Positions 1 through 10,210 of a stretch of DNA of 64,000 nucleotides are shown one piece after another. How positions within the stretch are numbered: the stretch's first letter is position 1; every line of letters begins with the position of its first letter. Source of the DNA: Muribaculum sp. (GTDB lineage: Bacteria > Bacteroidota > Bacteroidia > Bacteroidales > Muribaculaceae); NCBI GenBank assembly GCA_023666965.1, contig JAMPAZ010000001.1:882376-946375 (forward strand), read 5' to 3'. The notes beneath the pieces were generated by a model that worked only from the letters and a program-made list of their open reading frames with translations, made no database searches and was not told the DNA's origin. The translations under genes were made by a program, and so were the position numbers.

Positions 1-1110
1 TTTGACTCTAAGTTTGTCGCGAAGTTTATCGGCAGTCCATCCGAAATTGCGTACAGCGACATTGATTTTGGGGTATTGTCGGGCAAAACGTTTTATTTCG
101 GATGATGAAAATGGGATTATTCGGTCGATATGCCAGCAATCGCCGGGAAATCCATCGACTTTTTTGTCGGAACAATAGAGGTGGGAGTTGGGATGCAACA
201 TGCCGATGTCAAAACGGGCCGACAAAGTGCGCCACGGGGCGGCCTTCATCGTCACTTCCGACGGTTCGTAGAGAAAGTCTCCCGAAATAGGGTCAGCATA
301 GGTGGGTTCGCTCTCTTTTTCTTCTTCGACTGTGAAAGAGAATTGATAGGATGGAGTCCAGATATGGATGACGGGAACCTTGCCGGAATCGTTTGCACGC
401 ATGACGACGGCGACAAGTTCACGGCACTCGGTATTTGTCCCTACGACGTAAAGCGCTGTTATCCCCGGAAGGTCGCGAGCAGTTTGGGTTAAATCAAGCA
501 TCGGTGACGCTTTAACTATCAGTAGGGGAGCCAGATTGAGTATGTGGGGAAGTCGGCTGACTACATTCGGATGGCAATCAGATAGGCTGAACAGTCGTTG
601 TCCATTGTCGCCACGACGGGCCGGATCGATAAATACGGCGTCAAATCGGTCGGATGTCTGCCGGATATAGTCGGTTGAATCGGCCCAAAGTGCCGTCACT
701 TTATCGGATAGTCCGAGCACTTTGACATTATGGCTCAAAGCCTCGGCTACGCGCTCGTCAATGTCGACGGCTGTGACGGATATGCCGCCACGTGCCAGAT
801 GGATTGCATCTATGCCCAACCCTGACGTCATATCAAGCACTTTAATTCCTTCCGGCAGGAGCGAAGCGTGGAAGTCTGCGAGTGTGTCGGATGTGGACTG
901 TTCGGCCGAGAGCAATGTCGGAAATAAGAAGCGTGGGAATTTAAGTTCTTCGGGCAACTTCTTCGCGGTCTTTCGTCGACATTCGATCTGCATTATCGCG
1001 TCGTCGATCCAAGGAAACTTTCCGCTCCATCGAAGACGAAGGGATAAAGGATCCTCATTGACATGCGCATGTACCCATGTCCAAAAGTCATCGCCGTATT
1101 CCATATTCAT
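1..1110 (-). CDS. Class I SAM-dependent methyltransferase with C-terminal THUMP-like domain (partial, runs off left edge)
   Basis: Not in the ORF track. Both ends translated manually: ATG at 1110 gives MNMEYGDDFWTWVHAHVNEDPLSLRL...LSAEQSTS...VLDMTSGLGID (SAM motif I), and the same frame at the window edge reads VAVRNFGWTADKLRDKLRVK, typical of this Bacteroidales family. Confidence 0.8.
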   Translation of the reverse strand, partial: MNMEYGDDFWTWVHAHVNEDPLSLRLRWSGKFPWIDDAIMQIECRRKTAKKLPEELKFPRFLFPTLLSAEQSTSDTLADFHASLLPEGIKVLDMTSGLGIDAIHLARGGISVTAVDIDERVAEALSHNVKVLGLSDKVTALWADSTDYIRQTSDRFDAVFIDPARRGDNGQRLFSLSDCHPNVVSRLPHILNLAPLLIVKASPMLDLTQTARDLPGITALYVVGTNTECRELVAVVMRANDSGKVPVIHIWTPSYQFSFTVEEEKESEPTYADPISGDFLYEPSEVTMKAAPWRTLSARFDIGMLHPNSHLYCSDKKVDGFPGDCWHIDRIIPFSSSEIKRFARQYPKINVAVRNFGWTADKLRDKLRVK

Positions 1111-1134
1111 TGCTAAGTCTGTACCTTAATTAAC

Positions 1135-1167
1135 GAAAAGACACCGGCAACAAATGTCGCCGATGTC
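1135..1167 (-). terminator. Probable intrinsic terminator of pgk
   Basis: Imperfect inverted repeat gacaccggcaaca / tgtcgccgatgtc, followed on the minus strand by ttttcgtt. Confidence 0.55.
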
Positions 1168-1210
1168 CACAATCAAATCAATTTATTAATCAAAAAACAT
1201 TTCTTTGAAA

Positions 1211-2458
1211 TTAGCCTTGAACGGCCGCTACTCCGGGGAGTACCTTGCCTTCGATGGCCTCAAGGAGGGCGCCGCCACCGGTCGAAACGTAAGAAACCTG
1301 GTCGGCCAATCCGAACTTGTTGACGCAAGCGACAGAGTCGCCTCCGCCTACGAGAGAGAATGCGCCGTTGTCGGTGGCTTTGACGATAGCTTCTGCAATG
1401 GCACGGCTACCGGCAGTGAAGTTGTCAAACTCAAATACACCGGCCGGGCCGTTCCAAAGGATAGTCTTTGAGGGGACAATTGCTTCTGCAAATGCCTTAC
1501 GGGTCTCAGGGCCTGCATCGAGACCTTCCCATCCGTCAGGTATGTCGTTGCTGGGACATATCATGGTCTTGGCATCGTTGCTAAACGAGTCGGCTGCAAC
1601 GCAGTCAGTGCCGAGAATCAAGTTGACGCCCTTTTCTTTAGCCTTCTTGATGATGTCGAGAGCCAGGTCGAGCTTGTCGTCTTCGACGATTGAGTTGCCG
1701 ATTTTGCCACCCTGAGCCTTTGCAAAAGTGTAGGTCATACCGCCGCAGAGGATGAGGTTGTCAACCTTGTCCATAAGGTTTTCTATAATGCCTATCTTGG
1801 TAGACACTTTCGAACCACCCATTATTGCAGTGAACGGACGCTTGATGTCTTTAAGAATGTTGTCGACAGCCTGCACTTCTTTCTCCATAAGGTAGCCGAG
1901 CATCTTATTGTCGGCATCGAAATAGTCAGCAATCACTGCGGTAGATGCATGTTTGCGGTGGGCGGTGCCGAATGCGTCGTTTACATATACGTCGGCATAG
2001 CTGGCAAGTTTCTTTGCAAATTCTTTCTGGCGAGCCTTCATCTCTTTCTTGGCTTCGTCATAGGCGGGGTCGGTCTTTTCGATTCCGACGGGCTTGCCTT
2101 CTTCTTCGGGATAGAAACGAAGATTTTCGAGCAGAAGCACTTCTCCGGGCTTAAGATTGGCAGCGGCTTCAGAAGCGTTGGCGCAGTCGGGGGCGAACTT
2201 GACATCACGGCCGAGAGCCTTTGCTACATCGTCCTTGATCTGAGACAAAGAGAATTTAGGATTAACTTTGCCTTTTGGTTTGCCCATGTGCGACATGATG
2301 ATCAGGCTGCCTCCGTCTTCAAGAATTTTCTTCAAAGTGGGGAGGGCGCCACGTATACGGGTATCGTCGGTAATCTTACCGTTTTCATCCAAAGGCACAT
2401 TGAAGTCCACGCGGACGATGGCCTTCTTTCCAGCGAAGTTGTAATTGTCGATTTTCAT
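1211..2458 (-). CDS. pgk: Phosphoglycerate kinase
   Basis: [28 protein letters not shown] and STGGGA motifs; 415 aa. Confidence 0.98.
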   Translation of the reverse strand: MKIDNYNFAGKKAIVRVDFNVPLDENGKITDDTRIRGALPTLKKILEDGGSLIIMSHMGKPKGKVNPKFSLSQIKDDVAKALGRDVKFAPDCANASEAAANLKPGEVLLLENLRFYPEEEGKPVGIEKTDPAYDEAKKEMKARQKEFAKKLASYADVYVNDAFGTAHRKHASTAVIADYFDADNKMLGYLMEKEVQAVDNILKDIKRPFTAIMGGSKVSTKIGIIENLMDKVDNLILCGGMTYTFAKAQGGKIGNSIVEDDKLDLALDIIKKAKEKGVNLILGTDCVAADSFSNDAKTMICPSNDIPDGWEGLDAGPETRKAFAEAIVPSKTILWNGPAGVFEFDNFTAGSRAIAEAIVKATDNGAFSLVGGGDSVACVNKFGLADQVSYVSTGGGALLEAIEGKVLPGVAAVQG

Positions 2459-2629
2459 TGTTGGATATATTAATAGTTTATACTTTGATTTTGGGTGTTT
2501 GTTGATTTCAAATTCTAATATTGCAAATTTAGTGAGTTATTTCTGCAATAGCAAATTAAAAATTCTTGTTTTTTGTTGTCGTTAACATCTGTTATGGGAC
2601 AGGCTCTATGGTATCCGCAATTTGTCTGA

Positions 2630-3445
2630 TTAGCCGAGTAATGAGGCCATCTGATCGCGCAACTTTTTTGCCTCTCGACCGGCGGCTTCTGCGAAATCCT
2701 CTCCGTTGGAGGCGTAAATAATGCCGCGTGAGGAATTGACCAATAGACCACAGTCATTAATCATACCGTATTTTGCCACCTCTTCCAGGCTTCCTCCCTG
2801 CGCTCCAACTCCGGGAACGAGCAAGAAACTATCAGGGGCCACGGCGCGTATATCTTTAAGCATTTCACCCTGAGTGGCACCGACTACGTACATCATCTCT
2901 TGCGGGCCGGCCCATATCTGCGACTTAGTAATCACATTCTCAAATAGACGTTTACCGTCGGTTCCTTCCATAAACTGGAAGTCGTGGCTTCCTTTATTTG
3001 AGGTCAATGCTAATAGAATCACCCATTTTCCCTCGTAGCCAAGGAACGGAGTGACGCTGTCTTCTCCCATATAAGGAGCTACAGTGACGGCATCGACATC
3101 AAGATGCTCAAAAAAGCTTGCGGCATACATCTTTGAAGTATTTCCAATGTCGCCACGTTTGGCGTCGGCGATTATGAACTGGTCGGGATAATTTTCCTTT
3201 AGATATTTCACGGTCATTTCGAGGGCCGTCCAGCCTTCGACACCCAGACTTTCATAAAATGCCAAATTGGGCTTATATGCAACACAATATGGAGCCGTCG
3301 CATCGATAATGGCCTTGTTAAATGCAAAAATGGGATTATCCTCGGCGAGCAAATGTTGAGGAATCTTCTTGATGTCGGTGTCCAATCCTACGCAAAGGAA
3401 CGAGCCTTTGCGCCGGATATTGTCGACTAATTCTTTACGTTTCAT
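2630..3445 (-). CDS. pyrF: Orotidine-5'-phosphate decarboxylase
   Basis: [24 protein letters not shown] and PGVGAQGG motifs. Confidence 0.97.
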   Translation of the reverse strand: MKRKELVDNIRRKGSFLCVGLDTDIKKIPQHLLAEDNPIFAFNKAIIDATAPYCVAYKPNLAFYESLGVEGWTALEMTVKYLKENYPDQFIIADAKRGDIGNTSKMYAASFFEHLDVDAVTVAPYMGEDSVTPFLGYEGKWVILLALTSNKGSHDFQFMEGTDGKRLFENVITKSQIWAGPQEMMYVVGATQGEMLKDIRAVAPDSFLLVPGVGAQGGSLEEVAKYGMINDCGLLVNSSRGIIYASNGEDFAEAAGREAKKLRDQMASLLG

Positions 3446-3474
3446 ACCAAATATTTATTTAATTTTGTCAATTT

Positions 3475-4062
3475 CTAAAACAATGCAGGGAGAACATTCT
3501 TCTTATCTTCACCTAATTTTCGTCCTTTCAGATCAACGATTCTTACAGTCGCCCCGAAAGAGTCAAAGTTACTTTGGAATTCATCAATTCTGTTTCCCCA
3601 ATATATAAGACAGCACGCCATTGGAGCACCTTTACCCTCGTCGCGCCCATCAACTAAAAAACGCAATCGAGTATCATATAAAAAGCATATTGCATCAGCT
3701 TCTCCAAATACATATTTTTTCCAATGAGAGGTGTTAGGAGCCACGGGAATAAGCGCAACAATTTCGGATCCATATTCCCGATAAGCTTCAACACACTTAG
3801 CCAGCCAATTCTTTATCGACGTTCTTCTATATCTGTCTATCCCGTAAGGAGGATTTACATAAATTGTCTTAAAGTTCCATGATTCAGCTAAGCCATCAAT
3901 TTCCGGTAAGGAATATTCTGTTTGGGCTTGCACTATAGAATATTCGTTTGAACATGGGTCTAAAGAAATTACTCCACCAAAGAATCTACGTATCGAATCA
4001 ACGTATTTCTTTGGAGTACACCAACTCTGACTTGTTGTATTTACTCTTCGACCAGCCGTCAT
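3475..4062 (-). CDS. Small DNA amino-methyltransferase, phage T1 Dam-like family (probably N6-adenine)
   Basis: W-x-T-P (SWCTP), LDPC, DGL..SW and catalytic VNPPY, followed by VALIP and RLRF; 195 aa; ATGA overlap with the upstream gene. Confidence 0.8.
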   Translation of the reverse strand: MTAGRRVNTTSQSWCTPKKYVDSIRRFFGGVISLDPCSNEYSIVQAQTEYSLPEIDGLAESWNFKTIYVNPPYGIDRYRRTSIKNWLAKCVEAYREYGSEIVALIPVAPNTSHWKKYVFGEADAICFLYDTRLRFLVDGRDEGKGAPMACCLIYWGNRIDEFQSNFDSFGATVRIVDLKGRKLGEDKKNVLPALF

Positions 4063-5141
4063 ATCTGTTCCTTAAAAATTTTTAGAAGTTGTAATTTTAT
4101 TGATCCAATATCCATATTCGCAGGAGAAATGATATTGAACCAATTCTCTATTTTGTCTATATTCTCCGAAAAATAACAACACAATGCATTGTGGGCATCT
4201 AATGAAATATTAGATTTCGTTAATCTATTCAGCTTTTTGCCTTCTGCATAACTCGATAAAAACGCCTCGCGAATAGGTTTATATTTTTCGTGAGGATACA
4301 AAACGGTATCCGTAATAAATTGCGCCAGACCTTCATCTGTTAAAAACAGAAGCCGATCGTATGATTGAGCCAATACTTTAAGCTCTTTGTTCATATCTTG
4401 GGAAGTAAACCAATTTCCATGGTTACTAACAATCCCAAATGTCAAAACAATGTCCTGTCCACACATAACTTCAAGCTGTTTTTCAAGCAGTTCCTCGTAT
4501 GGAGCTATTATATGCTTATTGTCATAAAAATAAATTCCTAACAGCTCACCTTTTTCGTTGCGGACTTTCTGTAGAGGAGACGATTTTATTGCCACGTATG
4601 CACCTTGCTTAGCCTTTTCAATCGTCTGTGGGCCTTTCTTTTGCCCCTCCTCCACACCGACACGCTTACACTCAAACATCGCTGACGCTTTTTTCCGCAA
4701 TGTAGACACTTCTATCTTATCGTTCGTCAAATTAGCAATAATCAAAAAAGAATCGTCAAACCCCACATTAAAAGCATTTTTTAAAATCCCCGACGAGGAA
4801 ACTAAACTTCCGGTCTTAATGCATTCTATTTCAAGTTGAACCGCTTGAAGTATTTTACGAGAAGTTATGGGAAGATTAAAATTAATTTTTACAGTGTCTA
4901 ATGATTCAATTTTATGAAGCGTAAATTCCACATTATGTGTTATATCTACATTACCGTATTCAGGCAACTTTGTTTCTATTGCGATATTTGGGCCGAGCCC
5001 CCATTCTCGCAATAGGTAGTAGGTTATAATTTCTACGATTGTACCTAAAGCTCGTCCTGCCGCCTTTTTGGAATCATTAGCATGAACGAATACAGTATCG
5101 GCAAAAGAACGTTGAAGTGCATCAATTGATTGGTATGACAT
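4059..5141 (-). CDS. Hypothetical protein, putative PD-(D/E)xK restriction-type endonuclease
   Basis: 360 aa in AT-rich DNA; helix GRALGTIVE, strand HNVEF and MFECKRVG (E-x-K); translationally coupled to the methyltransferase. Confidence 0.55.
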   Translation of the reverse strand: MSYQSIDALQRSFADTVFVHANDSKKAAGRALGTIVEIITYYLLREWGLGPNIAIETKLPEYGNVDITHNVEFTLHKIESLDTVKINFNLPITSRKILQAVQLEIECIKTGSLVSSSGILKNAFNVGFDDSFLIIANLTNDKIEVSTLRKKASAMFECKRVGVEEGQKKGPQTIEKAKQGAYVAIKSSPLQKVRNEKGELLGIYFYDNKHIIAPYEELLEKQLEVMCGQDIVLTFGIVSNHGNWFTSQDMNKELKVLAQSYDRLLFLTDEGLAQFITDTVLYPHEKYKPIREAFLSSYAEGKKLNRLTKSNISLDAHNALCCYFSENIDKIENWFNIISPANMDIGSIKLQLLKIFKEQI

Positions 5142-5153
5142 GTCAAAAGAGGA

Positions 5154-6263
5154 TTAGAGTTCGGAGGCTTTGAGCTTTTCTGCATTTTCGGCCACGATGA
5201 GGTGGTCGATGCAGTCTTGTATGTCGCCGTCCATGAAGGCCGAGAGATTATAAATGGTGTAATTTATGCGGTGGTCCGTAATTCGGCCTTGGGGGTAATT
5301 ATATGTGCGTATTTTAGCCGACCGGTCGCCTGTCGACACCATGGTTTTACGGCGCGATGCGATGTCGTCGAGGTATTTTTGATGCTCTTTGTCGTAAATA
5401 AATGTGCGCAGACGGCTTAAAGCGCGTTCTTTGTTTTTAGGCTGGTCGCGGGTCTCGGTACATTCAATAAGGATTTCTTCGGTGACGCCAGTGTTAGGAT
5501 TACGCCACATATAGCGCAAACGCACACCGGACTCAACTTTGTTGACATTTTGACCACCTGCGCCACCGCTTCGGAACGTATCCCACTTAATCTCGCCTTC
5601 GTTAATTTCCACATCGAATTCTTCGGCTTCGGGCAACACTGCGACAGTAGCGGCCGATGTATGGACGCGTCCCTGGGTCTCAGTGGCTGGCACGCGCTGC
5701 ACACGGTGTACGCCGCTTTCATATTTCAGAATACCGTAGACGCCTTCTCCGGTCACGGAAAAAACGACTTCTTTAAAACCTCCGGCGGTGCCTTCGTTGA
5801 AGCTGGTTACGGCGACGTTCCACCCCTTTGATTCGCAGTATTTGGTGTACATTTTGAATAGGTCGCCCGCAAATATGGCCGCTTCGTCGCCTCCGGTGCC
5901 ACCACGGATTTCAACTATGGCATTTTTGCCGTCTTCGGGGTCGGCAGGGATCAACATCAGCTTTATATGTTCTTCCATTTCCGGAATCTTTGCAGTGGCT
6001 TCATCGAGTTCGTCTTTGGCCATGGCACGAAGCTCGTCGTCATTCTCGGTCTCGAGCACCTCCCGGGCTTCGGCAATATTGTCAATCAATGTCTTATAAG
6101 CACGCGTAGCCTTAGTCAGCTTTTCCAAATCCTTATACTCCTTGGTGAGACGCACATAGCGCTTCATGTCGGCAATTACCGCCGGATCGGTTATCAGAGT
6201 GCTTACTTCTTCAAACCGGGATTCAATTCCGTCAAGTCGCGATAAGAGTGAGTTTTCTGCCAT
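5154..6263 (-). CDS. prfA: Peptide chain release factor 1
   Basis: GGQ motif (SGGAGGQNVNK), RF1-specific PxT (RVPATE), RTYNYPQGR; start set to MAENSLL at 6263. Confidence 0.97.
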   Translation of the reverse strand: MAENSLLSRLDGIESRFEEVSTLITDPAVIADMKRYVRLTKEYKDLEKLTKATRAYKTLIDNIAEAREVLETENDDELRAMAKDELDEATAKIPEMEEHIKLMLIPADPEDGKNAIVEIRGGTGGDEAAIFAGDLFKMYTKYCESKGWNVAVTSFNEGTAGGFKEVVFSVTGEGVYGILKYESGVHRVQRVPATETQGRVHTSAATVAVLPEAEEFDVEINEGEIKWDTFRSGGAGGQNVNKVESGVRLRYMWRNPNTGVTEEILIECTETRDQPKNKERALSRLRTFIYDKEHQKYLDDIASRRKTMVSTGDRSAKIRTYNYPQGRITDHRINYTIYNLSAFMDGDIQDCIDHLIVAENAEKLKASEL

Positions 6264-6344
6264 ATTAAATGCCGTATGTTTATGTGGAAAGTCGTTATTT
6301 ACCGCGAAGTTACAAAATTCCTGCCACAATTCGAGGGAAATGTG

Positions 6345-6352
6345 TAAATTTG
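6345..6352 (+). promoter_or_regulatory. Bacteroidetes sigma-A -7 element for tgt
   Basis: TAAATTTG matches TAnnTTTG, 9 nt before the ATG at 6362. Confidence 0.55.
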
Positions 6353-6361
6353 CAATCGATT

Positions 6362-7492
6362 ATGGAATTTGAACTACAAGCCACTGACTCCTCAAGCAAT
6401 GCCCGCGCCGGCCTGATAACGACCGACCACGGGACTATCCGCACTCCTATCTTCATGCCCGTAGGCACGGTAGGGAGCGTTAAAGCCGTGCACATACGGG
6501 AGCTTAAAGAGGACGTAAAGGCTCAAATCATACTTGGCAACACCTATCATCTCTATCTTCGTCCGGGTACTGACATACTGCGCCAGGCCGGCGGACTGCA
6601 TAAGTTCAACGGCTGGGATCGTCCGATATTGACAGACAGTGGCGGATTTCAAGTTTTTTCGCTTTCGGCTAACCGTAAGCTTAAAGAGGAGGGTGCCTAT
6701 TTCCGCAGCCATATTGACGGGTCGAAACACCTTTTCACGCCCGAGGGTGTGGTCGATATACAGCGTGTCATAGGAGCCGACATAATGATGGCTCTTGACG
6801 AATGTCCGTCGGGTAAGGCCGACTATGAATATGCCAAGCAGTCGCTCGGACTGACCATGCGTTGGCTTAAACGCGGATGGCAACGGTATAACGATACGGA
6901 AGGACTTTATGGCTATCGGCAAACATTCTTCCCGATAGTGCAGGGTTGCACTTATCCGGATCTCCGTCGGCAGGCAGCTATGGAAGTCGCTGAATTAGGC
7001 GCAGACGGAAACGCTATCGGAGGTTTGGCCGTAGGCGAACCGGCGGAGGTGATGTATGATATGATTGACGTGGTCAACGAGATCCTGCCCAAGGACAAGC
7101 CCCGATATTTGATGGGCGTAGGTACGCCGGCAAACATCCTTGAAGCCATTGAACGCGGAGTCGACATGATGGACTGTGTGATGCCTACCCGCAACGGCCG
7201 CAACGGAATGCTCTTTACCGCGCACGGCATAATGAATATGCGCAACAAAAAGTGGGCCTACGACTTCTCTCCGCTTCAGGAGGACGGGCCGAGCTTTGTA
7301 GACAGGGTTTATACAAAGGCATACGTAAGACATCTGTTCGTGGCCCAAGAGATTTTGGCCATGCAGATCGCCTCGATCCATAATCTCGCATTTTATCTGT
7401 GGCTTGTCGATGAAGCCAGGATGCATATCTTGGCCGGGGACTTCAAGTCGTGGAAAAATGAGATGGTTGAAAGAGTGACACGCCGACTTTAA
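6362..7492 (+). CDS. tgt: tRNA-guanine(34) transglycosylase
   Basis: TPIFMPVGT, NTYHL, TDSGGFQ, KPRYLMGVG and DCVMPTRNGRNG motifs. Confidence 0.97.
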   Translation: MEFELQATDSSSNARAGLITTDHGTIRTPIFMPVGTVGSVKAVHIRELKEDVKAQIILGNTYHLYLRPGTDILRQAGGLHKFNGWDRPILTDSGGFQVFSLSANRKLKEEGAYFRSHIDGSKHLFTPEGVVDIQRVIGADIMMALDECPSGKADYEYAKQSLGLTMRWLKRGWQRYNDTEGLYGYRQTFFPIVQGCTYPDLRRQAAMEVAELGADGNAIGGLAVGEPAEVMYDMIDVVNEILPKDKPRYLMGVGTPANILEAIERGVDMMDCVMPTRNGRNGMLFTAHGIMNMRNKKWAYDFSPLQEDGPSFVDRVYTKAYVRHLFVAQEILAMQIASIHNLAFYLWLVDEARMHILAGDFKSWKNEMVERVTRRL

Positions 7493-7511
7493 TGTCCTTA
7501 AACCGCCGACT

Positions 7512-8588
7512 ATGTTTAAACGAATCGACATATACATCATAAAGAAGTTTCTCGGAACTTACTTTTTTGCCATCTTGTTGATATTGGCCATCACCGTGAT
7601 GTTTGATGTCAATGAGAAGCTTGACTCTTTCCTTAAGGCACCGTTGAAGGCTACCATCTTCGACTACTTTATGAACTTTCTCCCATACTTTGCCAATCAG
7701 TTCAGCCCGTTGTTTACATTCATAGCCTGTATATTCTTTACGTCAAAGCTGGCCGATAATTCAGAGATTATAGCAATGCTTTCATCTGGCATAAGCTTCC
7801 GTCGATTGATGCGCCCTTATATGGTGTCGGCGGCAGTAATTGCGGCCTTGACATGGGTGTTAAGTGCCTATATAATTCCGCCTGCCAATGTTGAACGAAT
7901 CGAATACACAAACACATACGTTAAAAATAAGCGCGTCGACTACGGCAACAATATCCAGCTGATGGTGTCGCCGGGGGTGATAGCCTACATGAGCCGTTAC
8001 GACAACACGACCAAGACAGGTTACAGATTTTCACTCGATAAGTTTGAGGGCAAGAAGCTTGTGTCGCGAATGACTGCCAATACGGTGAAATGGGACTCGC
8101 TTTACCAATGGACGGTGCGCGACTATATGATACGCGACATCGAAGGGATGGAGGAGAAAATCAGGAAAGGCACTCGTCTGGACACTATAATTCCCATTGA
8201 GCCACGAGACTTTCTGATCTCGTCGTCGGATCAAGAGACTATGACCTCCCCGGAGCTTAACGAATACATAGCCCGTCAAAAATCGCGCGGGGTAGCCAAT
8301 ATCGAGGCTTTTGAAATCGAAAAGGAGAAGCGAATAGCCATGTGCGCGGCCGCGTTTATCCTGACGGTCATCGGCATGTCGCTTTCGTCGAAGAAGGTCA
8401 AGGGAGGGATGGGAATCAACATCGGTATCGGACTTGTGTTGAGTTTCAGCTATATCCTGTTTATGACAGTCACGTCGACGTTTGCAGTGTCGGGCTACAC
8501 GTCGCCTTTGGTGGCTATGTGGATTCCAAACTTTATCTACAGCATCATCGCCGTGGTGCTATACTACCGCCGTTCGCACGCGGGATAA
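7512..8588 (+). CDS. LptF/LptG family LPS export permease
   Basis: Three N-terminal TM helices, SEIIAMLSSGIS motif, periplasmic domain, three C-terminal TM helices ending AMWIPN; follows tgt as is usual in Bacteroidales. Confidence 0.88.
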   Translation: MFKRIDIYIIKKFLGTYFFAILLILAITVMFDVNEKLDSFLKAPLKATIFDYFMNFLPYFANQFSPLFTFIACIFFTSKLADNSEIIAMLSSGISFRRLMRPYMVSAAVIAALTWVLSAYIIPPANVERIEYTNTYVKNKRVDYGNNIQLMVSPGVIAYMSRYDNTTKTGYRFSLDKFEGKKLVSRMTANTVKWDSLYQWTVRDYMIRDIEGMEEKIRKGTRLDTIIPIEPRDFLISSSDQETMTSPELNEYIARQKSRGVANIEAFEIEKEKRIAMCAAAFILTVIGMSLSSKKVKGGMGINIGIGLVLSFSYILFMTVTSTFAVSGYTSPLVAMWIPNFIYSIIAVVLYYRRSHAG

Positions 8589-8691
8589 AAGTTAACAATT
8601 GTTGCGAACCGGCTCTCGCCAGGGTTCTCCATGCGACAAAATGCGTGGAATAATTGTTCCTATAATATATGTAGATTAAATTATAGGAACT

Positions 8692-8904
8692 ATGAATGTG
8701 CCATTAATTACATGGATTTGCATCGTTGCAATTTTTATCCTTGCACTCGCGTTAAGGATGCATTCAACAATGGCCGGATATTCGCGCCGACATCCGGCAC
8801 CACGCCACAAATTAGTAGAAGTAGGCGACGAATGGGAGGAGATTTATGTTCCGGGAGACAAACGCATTAAGGGCGACTTTGACTATGACGAATTTGACGA
8901 CTAA
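8692..8904 (+). CDS. Putative small single-TM membrane protein (70 aa)
   Basis: ATG after an A-rich leader; hydrophobic N-terminus LITWICIVAIFILALAL and acidic tail DFDYDEFDD; overlaps the next start by 20 nt. Confidence 0.45.
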   Translation: MNVPLITWICIVAIFILALALRMHSTMAGYSRRHPAPRHKLVEVGDEWEEIYVPGDKRIKGDFDYDEFDD

Positions 8905-9661
8905 GCCTAATGTCCGCGAAGTGGCCGGATTTTTGTCGGAATATGCTGTGATGCTGTTTGGTAGCGGTGCTACGTGCATCAGGATGGAGAAGAATATGCA
9001 CCGCATAGCCCGGTCGCAGGGTATGGAGGCGGCGTTCAGCATACTTCCCCGCCATATTCATCTAACCGTATGCGGCGATGAGGATACGGTGACGTCAGTC
9101 GTTGCGATAAGGGAGTTGCCCATAAGTTTTGCGAAGATAGCTTTGCTCAGCAAGCTGAGTTGGCAGATGGCCGACCGTCATTACGACTTCCGTCAGGCAG
9201 TAAAGGTTTTGGCAAAGATTGGCTATACCGCAGGCCCGAATCCATGGCTTTTGTTAGTGCTCGTTTCGGCCGCGAATGCTTCTTTTTGTCGTCTTTTCGG
9301 GGGCGATATGGTGGCTATGGCCGTGGTGTTTACGGCTACGTTTGCGGGATTTCTTGTGAAGCAATTGCTCATGGAACATCACATCGATTTTCGGTTGACG
9401 GCCATAGTGTGCTCATTTATTTCCGCCGTTATAGCATCGACCGATTTCCTTTTTTCGCTCGGGACTACCCCCGAGATAGCCGTCGGCACCAGCGTCTTGT
9501 ATCTGGTGCCGGGTATTCCGTTCATTAACTCGTTCTGCGACATGATTGACCGCCACTACCTATGTTCGTTCGGCAGAATGATGAACGCCGTGGTCATTTC
9601 ATGCTGTTTGTCGCTGGGACTTTGCACCGGAATGCTTCTTATGAATTTAGGTATGTTTTGA
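8885..9661 (+). CDS. Threonine/serine exporter family protein (ThrE, N-terminal half)
   Basis: SGATCIR.E...RIA, FCRLFGGD and LYLVPGIPFINS motifs. Confidence 0.85.
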   Translation: MTNLTTKPNVREVAGFLSEYAVMLFGSGATCIRMEKNMHRIARSQGMEAAFSILPRHIHLTVCGDEDTVTSVVAIRELPISFAKIALLSKLSWQMADRHYDFRQAVKVLAKIGYTAGPNPWLLLVLVSAANASFCRLFGGDMVAMAVVFTATFAGFLVKQLLMEHHIDFRLTAIVCSFISAVIASTDFLFSLGTTPEIAVGTSVLYLVPGIPFINSFCDMIDRHYLCSFGRMMNAVVISCCLSLGLCTGMLLMNLGMF

Positions 9662-9687
9662 CGATAAAAAGAGAGGGGTAAGTCGTT

Positions 9688-10188
9688 ATGCTTTCGGAAT
9701 TTCTTCAAGACGCACTTTTTGCCGCCATAGCCGCAATCGGATTTTCAGCCATCAGCAATCCTCCTCGGCGAGCCTACTTATGCTGCGCGGCCATAGCGGC
9801 TATAGGTCATTCGCTGCGTTTTATCTTGACCGGATGCGCCGGCTGGCATATAGTGACGGCATCTGCCGTTTCGTCGCTTCTGATCGGTGTGCTCGCCGTT
9901 TTGATTTCGCCGAAGACTAAAATTCCGGCTGAGACTTATCTGTATCCTTCGTTGTTGCCTATGATTCCCGGTATATATGCCTACCGGACGTTTGGTGCAA
10001 TAGTAATGTGTCTTTACCACGGATCGGAGGAATCTTTTCAGCACTATTTTTATTTGTTTGCCTACAATGGCATAACTTGTTTCTTTATTTTGTTGGCAAT
10101 GGTGGTTGGTGCGACGCTACCGATGTTTCTATTGCCTAAAATTTCTTTTCAGGCCACTCGACAGAAATTCGACGACAAACATGCTTGA
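9688..10188 (+). CDS. Threonine/serine exporter family protein (ThrE_2, partner subunit)
   Basis: AAIGFSAISNPP and PSLLPMIPG motifs; multi-TM; paired with the upstream ThrE gene. Confidence 0.85.
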   Translation: MLSEFLQDALFAAIAAIGFSAISNPPRRAYLCCAAIAAIGHSLRFILTGCAGWHIVTASAVSSLLIGVLAVLISPKTKIPAETYLYPSLLPMIPGIYAYRTFGAIVMCLYHGSEESFQHYFYLFAYNGITCFFILLAMVVGATLPMFLLPKISFQATRQKFDDKHA

Positions 10189-10210
10189 TTTTTTGCTTTT
10201 TAATTTAAAA

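Noticed and set aside
102-1129. Plus-strand ORFs 102-290, 130-492 and 722-1129
   Set aside because: Antisense shadows of the minus-strand THUMP-like methyltransferase that the ORF track missed because it runs off the edge.
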